Shown: positions 7,866 to 14,898 of the stretch, one piece after another
Position numbering within the stretch: position 1 is the first letter of the stretch
Layout of the letters: each line of letters begins with the position of its first letter
Source of the DNA: a virus
Taxonomy: Duplodnaviria; Caudoviricetes
Virus record (IMG/VR): IMGVR_UViG_3300014158_000352
Coordinates: 1 to 44,044 of that record
Reading direction: 5' to 3' (one strand)
DNA: 44,044 bases
Translations under genes and position numbers: made by a program
Notes under the pieces: model-generated
Told to the model about the DNA's origin: nothing
What the model saw: only the letters and a program-made list of their open reading frames with translations
Database searches by the model: none

Positions 7866-8315
7866 ATGACAGATTTCCAGACCATCGAGGTCAATGGCAT
7901 CAAGCTCGAAGTCGATTTGCGGACAGCTCGCAGGATTGAGAGTTACCGCGTTGGCGACCGGGTGAAGATCCTTATCAAGGACTACTCGGGATACACGCCT
8001 CACCCTGGCGTCATCGTCGGGTTCGATGCGTTTGAGCACCTTCCCACGATCACCGTGGCCTACCTCGACGTGGGGTACTCCAAGGCCGAGATCAAGTTCG
8101 CCTACATCAACTCACAGACCGAGGAAACCGAGATCACCACCGACGCTGGCGACATCCTCGTCGACAAAACAGAGGTGACCTCTCTGATCGAAAAGGAGAT
8201 CGCTCGCAAGCGCGACGAGATCGAGGACCTTGAGCGCAAGAGGGCCTACTTCGAGTCGCACTTCGCCCGCTACTTCTCCGACGCCGAAGATCTTGCCGCT
8301 CGCGTGGACGGCTGA
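7866..8315 (+). CDS. Conserved phage hypothetical protein (SH3-like N-terminus, coiled-coil C-terminus)
   Basis: AGGAG SD; IEVNGIKLEVDLRTARRIESYRVGDRVKIL. Confidence 0.8.
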   Translation: MTDFQTIEVNGIKLEVDLRTARRIESYRVGDRVKILIKDYSGYTPHPGVIVGFDAFEHLPTITVAYLDVGYSKAEIKFAYINSQTEETEITTDAGDILVDKTEVTSLIEKEIARKRDEIEDLERKRAYFESHFARYFSDAEDLAARVDG

Positions 8316-8342
8316 CCGAGTTACTTGCGAAAGAAGATGCCG

Positions 8343-8594
8343 ATGCCTAGATACCGAAAGAAGCCTGTCGTCATCGAGGCTCGACAGCTCGACAAGACCA
8401 ACGGGGACGCCCTAGCTCGCTGGTGTGACGGTTCGACTCAGTTCGAGCACAGCGACGGGACCTGTTGCGTCGAGATACGGACGCTAGAGGGCACGATGTT
8501 GGCCGAAATAGGCGACTGGATCATCCGAGGGGTGAAGGGTGAGTTCTACCCGTGCAAGCCCGACATCTTTGAGGCAACCTATGAGCCTGCCTGA
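8343..8594 (+). CDS. Conserved phage protein (YRKKPVVIEA / GDWII-GEFYPCKPDIF family)
   Basis: Highly recognisable motif; start could be 8337. Confidence 0.88.
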   Translation: MPRYRKKPVVIEARQLDKTNGDALARWCDGSTQFEHSDGTCCVEIRTLEGTMLAEIGDWIIRGVKGEFYPCKPDIFEATYEPA

Positions 8595-8862
8595 TTGGGG
8601 TTGCGGTCAAGGGACCGGGTTTCCAGGAGTGCCGACTGAAGCACCCGTCGAGCAGCTAGAGCTAGAGGCCGTTGTCTTGTTGGCTCTCGCCCATTTCGTT
8701 CATATGGACAAAGCCAACGCCGCCATCCATTGCGGCGAAGTCCGGTTTAGTCCGATGACGTTCCGGTTAGCCGAGGCAGTCCCTCACCTAGCAGCCACGA
8801 ACGACGATGTGGCCGAAGTCTGGCAACACCGAGGAGCCTATGAAGAGGACAGGGGCCGTTGA
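8581..8862 (+). CDS. Hypothetical protein
   Basis: GAGG SD, overlapping start. Confidence 0.6.
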   Translation: MSLPDWGCGQGTGFPGVPTEAPVEQLELEAVVLLALAHFVHMDKANAAIHCGEVRFSPMTFRLAEAVPHLAATNDDVAEVWQHRGAYEEDRGR

Positions 8863-8901
8863 ACACGCGGAGTTTCCAGATGTTTGGCGAGAGGAGCGGT
8901 G

Positions 8902-9189
8902 ATGGTTGAACAGAGTCAAAGACCCACCGTGTCCCTGTCGCTGCACGGTCCCGGCGTGACCATTGGGGACGCTGCCCAGGTTGGGGTGGCTGGCAAGGAG
9001 TTGATGGACGCCATCGCCCAAGAGATGGGCGTGGACGCCCACTTCGAGATCACTGCGATCCAGTTCAGGTGTGACGGGTGCGGCCTGACACGACCTGACC
9101 GTCCCGGCCCGGATGAGGGTTGGTCATATGTCGATGGCGAGGATCATTGCCCGGTCTGCACCAGCGAAGTTGGGAGCAAAGAGACGTGA
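8902..9189 (+). CDS. Hypothetical protein with C-terminal Zn finger
   Basis: GAGGAG SD; CDGC..HCPVC. Confidence 0.65.
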   Translation: MVEQSQRPTVSLSLHGPGVTIGDAAQVGVAGKELMDAIAQEMGVDAHFEITAIQFRCDGCGLTRPDRPGPDEGWSYVDGEDHCPVCTSEVGSKET

Positions 9190-9392
9190 AGATGACCTCT
9201 GACACCCATGTGCAGTCGATGGCCTGTCTTTCGTGCGGGCTAGCTGGGCTCACCCCGGCAGACCATTTCCCGCAAGACGACGGATTGTGGGACCAACCCT
9301 GTCCTCGATGCGAGCAAATGATGGTCTGGGTTACTGAGCCCATCCCACGGGAGGAGTGGGAGGCAATGAAGAACGAGGACGGCGATGTCTAA
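9186..9392 (+). CDS. Small Zn-ribbon protein
   Basis: CLSC..CPRC; GTGA coupling. Confidence 0.6.
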   Translation: MKMTSDTHVQSMACLSCGLAGLTPADHFPQDDGLWDQPCPRCEQMMVWVTEPIPREEWEAMKNEDGDV

Positions 9393-10023
9393 TCCGAGTC
9401 CAGTAGACGACCGGGCCGCGGTGCCTGAGCCCCGGCTGCTTTGCGATCACATCTGTCTCCTCGATGATGGGCATGTCGCTCGCGGCGAAGGCCACCAGTA
9501 CGGCTACGAGAACCCGCCGCCACGGGTTCGACCTCGGCTCCAACCCGCCGAGAACATGGCCCTCACGGTTGCCCTGGCCCAAATCAGGCGCGGTGATGAG
9601 GTCCCACCGAACACGACGGCCGCGCTGGTGTTCGCCTTAGAGCGCATCTGCCGTGGCGAAAATGGCGACGAAGATGCCTGGCGTCATCGTCAGTTCGTCA
9701 CGCCTTTGCGCTTCCTCTGCGAGATCAGCATGGACGGCTGGGGCTACACCTACGAGGACGAGGTGCCCCCGGCCCAGCTTTACCGAGTCGTACGGTACGA
9801 GTCCTACGAGTGCGAATGCTGTACGGGTGGCGAGAACGTGGTGATTTCCGAGCACCCCACCCGACCGGCAGCGGATGTGGTGGCTTGCCAGCATCCGGGC
9901 GCCTGGGTTGAGGCGTGGGACACCTGCATTGACGGGCCGGAGTTGGAGAGCCACTGGCGTCGGTTGCCCACCCTCATGCGCCACGTAGGGCTGACTCCGC
10001 GCAAGTTGGAGGGGGATGTTTGA
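9385..10023 (+). CDS. Hypothetical protein
   Basis: GAGGA SD, 212-aa ORF in the operon. Confidence 0.6.
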   Translation: MSNPSPVDDRAAVPEPRLLCDHICLLDDGHVARGEGHQYGYENPPPRVRPRLQPAENMALTVALAQIRRGDEVPPNTTAALVFALERICRGENGDEDAWRHRQFVTPLRFLCEISMDGWGYTYEDEVPPAQLYRVVRYESYECECCTGGENVVISEHPTRPAADVVACQHPGAWVEAWDTCIDGPELESHWRRLPTLMRHVGLTPRKLEGDV

Positions 10024-10109
10024 TGGCCACTCTTGATCCTGCTGAGACGAAGGCTCTGATGGACGCACTCAGGTCCCTGAGCAGCGGAGTTGGCGACGAA
10101 GAACCATGA
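10023..10109 (+). CDS. Micro-ORF (28 aa)
   Basis: Read by hand: MATLDPAETKALMDALRSLSSGVGDEEP; coupled at both ends (TGATG, ATGA). Confidence 0.45.
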   Translation: MATLDPAETKALMDALRSLSSGVGDEEP

Positions 10110-10345
10110 TCCTCGCCGCAGCGATTACCCGAGAGACCGTGACCATCGAACTGGCCGAGTGGCATGACGGCTACGCCGACACCAGGCACCTGACCATCAG
10201 CCCTGGAACGCCCTACGAGGAGCCGATGCTGGTCCATGAGTGGATCTGGCCCTACACCGCCGGCCCGGCGGTTTGCCGTGTCATCAGAGGCGGCGAGGTC
10301 GAGACCTGGGCGCATCCGATGGGCGTCCTGGTGGAGGCGAAGTAG
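10106..10345 (+). CDS. Hypothetical protein
   Basis: 79-aa ORF filling the operon gap. Confidence 0.6.
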   Translation: MILAAAITRETVTIELAEWHDGYADTRHLTISPGTPYEEPMLVHEWIWPYTAGPAVCRVIRGGEVETWAHPMGVLVEAK

Positions 10346-10732
10346 ATGGCAAACATCAGCGTGACCACCGTGGGCTTGACGATTCCGGCCCCCGCCGAGC
10401 TCTGGACCGCCAATGCACAACGACGCATGCACTGGGGCCGACGAGCGATGCTCACTCAGCAATGGCGGTGGGCCACCAAGCTGCATGCCCTGGCCAACAA
10501 GGTCCCTTCGTTCGTCACGGTCGAGATCGACGCGCACGTGACCAAGACGGGCAAGCGCAAGACCGACGCCGACGCCTACGCGCCTGTGATCAAGGCGTGC
10601 ATCGACGGGCTGGTGGACGCCCGGGTGCTCGAGGACGACACGCCCGGGATCGTGAGGGCCATCCGTTACCACCCTGCCGTGGTCGACAAGACCGACACCG
10701 TGACCCTGCTACTGAGAGGACAATTGGCGTGA
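10346..10732 (+). CDS. RusA-like Holliday junction resolvase
   Basis: LWTANAQRRMHW..KTDADAYAPVIKACIDGLVDARVLEDD; GGAGG SD. Confidence 0.8.
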   Translation: MANISVTTVGLTIPAPAELWTANAQRRMHWGRRAMLTQQWRWATKLHALANKVPSFVTVEIDAHVTKTGKRKTDADAYAPVIKACIDGLVDARVLEDDTPGIVRAIRYHPAVVDKTDTVTLLLRGQLA

Positions 10733-11034
10733 GCGAAGTACCGAACGTGAGCGTGGCACTTCGGAGGGCCGGGCACCGAGTTAGTGGCGTCCCCACCTGG
10801 GATCGCGTCGCCGAAGCCATCGAAAAGGACGTGCCCCAGTTTCTGGACGATCTGGTCGACGCTGGCGTGCTGCTCAAGCACGACGGGCCCTTCCCCTGCT
10901 ACCAGCCCGCGCCCACCGAGCCTGAGCACGTCCACCATTTCCACGTGGTATGTCAGGAGTGCGGCGAAGAGCCATCCCGAGGGCCTTGGGACGGCGATCC
11001 CTGGATCCCTGTCTGGGGAGAGGGCACGACCTAG
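10729..11034 (+). CDS. Hypothetical protein
   Basis: GAGAGG SD, GTGA coupling; HVHHFHVVCQEC. Confidence 0.6.
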   Translation: MSEVPNVSVALRRAGHRVSGVPTWDRVAEAIEKDVPQFLDDLVDAGVLLKHDGPFPCYQPAPTEPEHVHHFHVVCQECGEEPSRGPWDGDPWIPVWGEGTT

Positions 11035-11043
11035 CCTTAGACC

Positions 11044-11220
11044 ATGACCCGGCGCTGCCGGCTGTGCGGAGAGCCCCTGGTGAACCTGGGCAACGGGTTC
11101 ATGGTATGTGGGCACTGTGACCAGCCGTGCTCGGTCGAGTCGGTCTGTCGGCATTGCCAACGTTGGGACGCCACCAGCTTCCCGGCCGGTCCACCCTCAG
11201 GCCGCGAGAACGCGGCCTGA
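11044..11220 (+). CDS. Small Cys-rich Zn-binding protein (58 aa)
   Basis: Read by hand: MTRRCRLCGEP..CGHCDQPC..CRHC. Confidence 0.55.
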   Translation: MTRRCRLCGEPLVNLGNGFMVCGHCDQPCSVESVCRHCQRWDATSFPAGPPSGRENAA

Positions 11221-11267
11221 TAAGCCACCGGCGCCGCTAGACCCGTACTTACGCTGAGACGCGCAAA

Positions 11268-11296
11268 CGGGCCGGCCCTCGGAAGAGCTCGGCCCG
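11268..11296. terminator. Hairpin between convergent operons (probable bidirectional terminator)
   Basis: CGGGCCG..CTC-GGAA-GAG..CGGCCCG; followed by TTT on the minus strand. Confidence 0.6.
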
Positions 11297-11383
11297 CTGC
11301 GTCACCTGGTGAGGCGTGATTACCGCGCTTACCCAGAAATCAACCTTGTGCAATGAGCATGTAACGAGCGTGACGGCCGATGG

Positions 11384-11527
11384 TCACCCTGCGAAGTCCT
11401 CTTTGCAAGCCATCTGACCGCAGTCCTGGCACTCGTAGAGGTCTTCGCCCGAACCGTCGTCCAGCCCGATGTGGCGGACGTTTCGACTCGAGCAGGCAGG
11501 GCACTTCGCTTGAATGGTGATCTTCAT
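11384..11527 (-). CDS. Small Zn-ribbon protein (47 aa)
   Basis: Read by hand: MKITIQAKCPACSSRNVRHIGLDDGSGEDLYECQDCG; ATGA coupling. Confidence 0.65.
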   Translation of the reverse strand: MKITIQAKCPACSSRNVRHIGLDDGSGEDLYECQDCGQMACKEDFAG

Positions 11528-11898
11528 GACTGAGGGACGTGCGTCGAACGATTACAGACGCGACAGACGATCCAGTATTCACCCCTGGGCCGATACTCGC
11601 CATCGACGATCCCATCCATCTCGAACGGGCCGACGACGTCGGTAGCGTCACAATGTGAACAAGCGTGACTGAATCGCTCAACAAACGTCACATCTCCCAG
11701 CACCTCGGGGGCGATGTCCTCGGGACGCTTGCCGATCATCTCAGCGAGCCGGTCGAGAATGTTCTCCAGAGCCGCCCCGGGCTCGGGCTCATCGCCGGCC
11801 TGGACCTCGTGCAGCTTGCGTAAGACGTAGGAAGCCAAGCCTTCGACCTCGTTGACCAGGTCGCTCAGTTCGTCGAGCACTGCGGAATCCGTGATCAT
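11524..11898 (-). CDS. Acidic hypothetical protein with C-terminal Zn ribbon
   Basis: D/E-rich helices then CSHC..CRVC; ATGA coupling. Confidence 0.7.
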   Translation of the reverse strand: MITDSAVLDELSDLVNEVEGLASYVLRKLHEVQAGDEPEPGAALENILDRLAEMIGKRPEDIAPEVLGDVTFVERFSHACSHCDATDVVGPFEMDGIVDGEYRPRGEYWIVCRVCNRSTHVPQS

Positions 11899-12071
11899 CG
11901 CTCAAACCCGCCGATCTCCTCATGACGATTGGCGATGGCCTGGGCGTCTCGCGGTTCGTCCTGGGCGATGCCCACGGGGCCGCACTGGTCGCACATGGCC
12001 AGGTAGCCCGGGTGGCCCGGGTAGAACGGATCGGCCACGGTGGTATCGATCCTGCATCGGTGTGTTGTCAT
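11895..12071 (-). CDS. Small hypothetical protein (58 aa)
   Basis: ATG 12071; HRC..CDQC..H; stop coupled to the next gene. Confidence 0.65.
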   Translation of the reverse strand: MTTHRCRIDTTVADPFYPGHPGYLAMCDQCGPVGIAQDEPRDAQAIANRHEEIGGFER

Positions 12072-12094
12072 GGTCCCTGCTCGCTTCCTGGACT

Positions 12095-12153
12095 GGCCCA
12101 TCCAGCCCGGCCGGCCACCTCGTGAGAAGTGACCGAGCCGCGCTATACGGACC
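12095..12153 (-). promoter_or_regulatory. Conserved intergenic hairpin, copy 2
   Basis: GGTCCGT-AT-AGC-G-CGGCTCGGTCACTTC-TCAC-GAGGTGGCCGGCCG-G-GCT-GG-ATGGGCC. Confidence 0.65.
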
Positions 12154-12548
12154 TGGTGGCGTCCTCGTCCTCCAAGGCGAGAAGCCCATCCATGACGGCC
12201 CGGGCGCACCTTTCGGCGATCATGTAGAGGCAGACACGGGCGCAATGGTCCATATCGGATGCATCGGCGCCCAATTCGGTCGGGTCCTCGTTGTAGGCGC
12301 ATAGGTCCACGAACTCGGACCACATCTGATGGGTGTAGATATCGGGCCCACCATCGGCCGCCTCGAGGACGAGGCCCAGGGCCTCGTCCTCGCCCACCTG
12401 CTTATCGTTGTACTCCCAGGCGTCCACCACGGCGTCCCGCACGCTCTCCAACATCTTGGCGCCGGCGGACGTGGGACTGTCAGGGCTCGCCGCATCCGGC
12501 TTCGCTGGCCAGCCTGTAGGCGGTCCATTCTCTCGGGTCCTCAAACAT
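12143..12548 (-). pseudogene. Ocr-like DNA-mimic antirestriction protein, split by a +1 frameshift near 12490
   Basis: Acidic helical protein with LEAADGGPDIYTHQMWSEFVDL, similar to T7 Ocr MAADNAVPHYY; GAGAGG SD and ATG 12548 are one base out of frame with the body (in-frame ATG at 12454). Confidence 0.7.
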
Positions 12549-12567
12549 GATTGTCCTCTCTCGGGAC

Positions 12568-12621
12568 GGCCCATCCATCCCAGGAAGAGCGCCGACACGC
12601 TCTCCCCGCGACCCACGGGCC
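12568..12621 (-). promoter_or_regulatory. Conserved intergenic hairpin, copy 1
   Basis: GGCCCGT-GG-GTC-G-CGGGGAGAGCG-TGTCGG-CGCTCTTCCTG-G-GAT-GG-ATGGGCC. Confidence 0.65.
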
Positions 12622-13493
12622 TACGCTGCTCGGCGTTTCCTGCTCGCCCGCCACGCTCGGATCGTCTCTGGCCACCAGAGATCAACCCCAGAGGCTTGAA
12701 AGTCGGCCGGCGGGAGCTGCCCACGCTGGCCCCAGGAGTAAACGGTGCGAGGCGAAACGCCCAGGAGGGTGGCGATTTCTTGAGCACCCATCGGGGCGAT
12801 ACGCTCGGCTTCGGCCCTGGTCTCGATCACTTCGGCGGCCCAGGTCTCGGCCGTCATGGTGAAGAGTGCGCCCTGGTCCTGGTCGGCCGCCAGGCGGGAG
12901 ACGAGGTCGACCAGCTCGCGCTCGATCATCCGCGGCGTTGCTTGCCAGAGTTTCAACGCTTGGCGCTGGTGGTCCCCGTCGAGACCGTGAAAGAGCGCGG
13001 CGGCCCACAGAGGCAAGAGACCGAGGCGAACACCCTCGCGGGTCTCATCGCAGCTGTTGAGCAGGCGCAAACGGCGCGAGATGGTGTCGGCGGACTTTCC
13101 AGAAGCTTTGGCGAGCTCGGCCACAGACCATCCGTCACCCAGGCGCTTGGCGTAGCCTTCGGCTTCGTCGAACGGATCCAGGTCGGCCCGGGCCGTGTTC
13201 TCGGCCAGCATGACGGCAGAGGCTTCGCGGTCGGAGTACTGGCGAACAATGGCTTCGATGACGTTCAAACCGAGGTGATCCCGGGTGGCCCGAAAACGAC
13301 GTTCGCCGGCCACGATCTGGAAGCGATTAGGACCGACGAGACGGACCGTGATCGGTTGGGCTAGTCCGTTGGTGCGGATCGATTCGGCCAGCTCGGCTAA
13401 TTCACGAGCGTCGAAGCGTTGCCGGTCGTTGTCGCCGGGGATGATGCAGGCAACTGGAAGAAGCTGAATCTCTGCGGCGGTTGCATCACTCAT
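12621..13493 (-). CDS. ParB/Spo0J-family protein with an extra C-terminal MerR/Xis-like HTH
   Basis: ELAESIRTNGLAQPITVR, IVAGERRFRA, ENTARADL, central HTH, then MGAQEIATLLGVSPRTVYSW. Confidence 0.9.
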   Translation of the reverse strand: MSDATAAEIQLLPVACIIPGDNDRQRFDARELAELAESIRTNGLAQPITVRLVGPNRFQIVAGERRFRATRDHLGLNVIEAIVRQYSDREASAVMLAENTARADLDPFDEAEGYAKRLGDGWSVAELAKASGKSADTISRRLRLLNSCDETREGVRLGLLPLWAAALFHGLDGDHQRQALKLWQATPRMIERELVDLVSRLAADQDQGALFTMTAETWAAEVIETRAEAERIAPMGAQEIATLLGVSPRTVYSWGQRGQLPPADFQASGVDLWWPETIRAWRASRKRRAA

Positions 13494-13504
13494 ATATGCA
13501 TGTA

Positions 13505-13555
13505 TACCACGGATTACCGCAGGATGCTAGAGGATACCGCAGGATTGTGGTGGAT
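13505..13555. repeat. Helically phased direct-repeat array upstream of parB
   Basis: TACCGCAGGAT at 13515 and 13535; GGAT at 13511, 13522, 13532, 13542 and 13552. Confidence 0.75.
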
Positions 13556-13953
13556 TGTTGGCCGGCGCCGTGACAGTAAGTACAGGCAGAGAGCGCAGCA
13601 CAGCACGAGGCGAAGCCACAGCGAGACCAGCCGCCGCCATCTACTTCACAGCGTTGGCAGTCGAGTGCATAACAAGGTGACGCAAGCAACCTGGGGTTGT
13701 GATTGTGGATGGGTGTGCTTCCATCCCGCATGGTGGGGTTCTTTCGTTTGGATGGCTGGCAATCCCCACACTCAATGTCACTCAAATGCTTGCATTTGCG
13801 CAGCTAGAAGCTGTTTAACCCGGTATGTGCCATCTCAGTTGTGGCATTGAAAGTGTTACCCCAAGAAGTTTTTTTCACCCCCCAAACTCGAACCCCAAAC
13901 GGCTGTGAGAGGGAAGAGGCGGGTGTGCTACACCCCTGGTAGTGTGGTACACC

Positions 13954-14178
13954 GTGAAGGGCTCCAAGATCATCCACGTCCGCTTCCCGCCCGACGACCT
14001 GGCCAGGCTCGAGACCCTCTGCCTGGCCACGGCCAAGACCCCCACCGAGGTCATCCGGGCCCTCGTGCGCAAGGAATCCTCGACAGAACCATCCCCGAGA
14101 CCGACCGTCCCGGCTCCCGAGGCCAAACCGAACCGGGGACACGCACCGACCTGCCCGTGCGCCCTCTGCCGCGTCTGA
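13954..14178 (+). CDS. Ribbon-helix-helix (CopG-like) DNA-binding protein
   Basis: KIIHVRFPPDDLARLETLCLATAKTPTEVIRALVR; C-terminal H..TCPCALC. Confidence 0.7.
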   Translation: MKGSKIIHVRFPPDDLARLETLCLATAKTPTEVIRALVRKESSTEPSPRPTVPAPEAKPNRGHAPTCPCALCRV

Positions 14179-14247
14179 CCGTTTCCAGAGGCGCCAACCC
14201 GAAGCGAAGCGAAGGGGCGGCAGGCTTGCCTCTGGTCGCTTAGTCCC

Positions 14248-14337
14248 AACCTCAGCGCAGACAGGCGCTTTGCTGGCGCAGCAGCGTGCCAAGAAACCCC
14301 TGTGGATCGCAAGGGGATTTCTTGGGGATCTGAGGTT
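14248..14337. other. Multi-branched inverted-repeat structure in the late leader
   Basis: AACCTCAG/CTGAGGTT enclosing TGCTG/CAGCA and CCAAGAAA-CCCCT/AGGGG-TTTCTTGG stems. Confidence 0.5.
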
Positions 14338-14448
14338 TCCCGCTGGGGGCACGAAAACCCACCGTCGTCCACAGGTCATCCCCTGATCGTGCGGCTTGAC
14401 GGGCTATTCTGACCCCCGTCCCACACCTTCTGCACACAGGAGAGACCC

Positions 14449-14892
14449 ATGGCGCTGACCGACCGCATCGTTGAGCTCATCCACGAGGTGCTCGGCACCC
14501 GCCCAGGGGCAATCGTGGGCGAGATCGAGCAATCCGGGTTCGAGAAGGTTCTCGCCCAAGTGGCCGCAGACGCCGCCGCCGAGTTCGTCAAGGTCATCCC
14601 CGACGCCGCAGCGACCGAAGAGGCCGTCAAGACCGTCATCGCGGCGATCGACGAGGTCGCCAAGGTGGTCCGTGGGTTGAAGGCCGCCGACGACGCCAAG
14701 AAGGCCGAGCCGACCACAACCCCCGCTCCGGTCCCTGGGCCCACCACGACCCCTGTGCCCTTCGCGTCGCCGACCACGACCCCTGTGCCCTTCGCGTCGC
14801 CTGCGCCCTTCACGGCGCCGACCACGACCCCTGCGCCCTTCACGGCGCCTGAGCCCACCACGACGGCCCCTCCGGCACCCAGCACCACCTAG
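14449..14892 (+). CDS. Hypothetical protein with Pro/Thr-rich repetitive tail
   Basis: AGGAG SD; helical N-terminus then PTTTP(A/V)PF repeats. Confidence 0.8.
   Translation: MALTDRIVELIHEVLGTRPGAIVGEIEQSGFEKVLAQVAADAAAEFVKVIPDAAATEEAVKTVIAAIDEVAKVVRGLKAADDAKKAEPTTTPAPVPGPTTTPVPFASPTTTPVPFASPAPFTAPTTTPAPFTAPEPTTTAPPAPSTT
14741..14849 (+). repeat. 30-bp-unit coding tandem repeats
   Basis: ACCACGACCCCTGTGCCCTTCGCGTCGC x2, then CCTGCGCCCTTCACGGCGCC variants. Confidence 0.85.
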
Positions 14893-14898
14893 CACCAG

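Noticed and set aside
12408-13364. 318-aa plus-strand ORF and other long shadow ORFs (311-1312, 14404-15348, 22736-23731, 33503-34498, 36129-37436)
   Set aside because: They are antisense or off-frame to well-supported genes, with Arg/Gly/Pro-rich composition typical of high-GC artefacts
13419-13850. ORFs spanning the low-GC island (13419-13850 +, 13486-13785 -)
   Set aside because: Atypical composition and codon use, no SD; the region is better explained as regulatory
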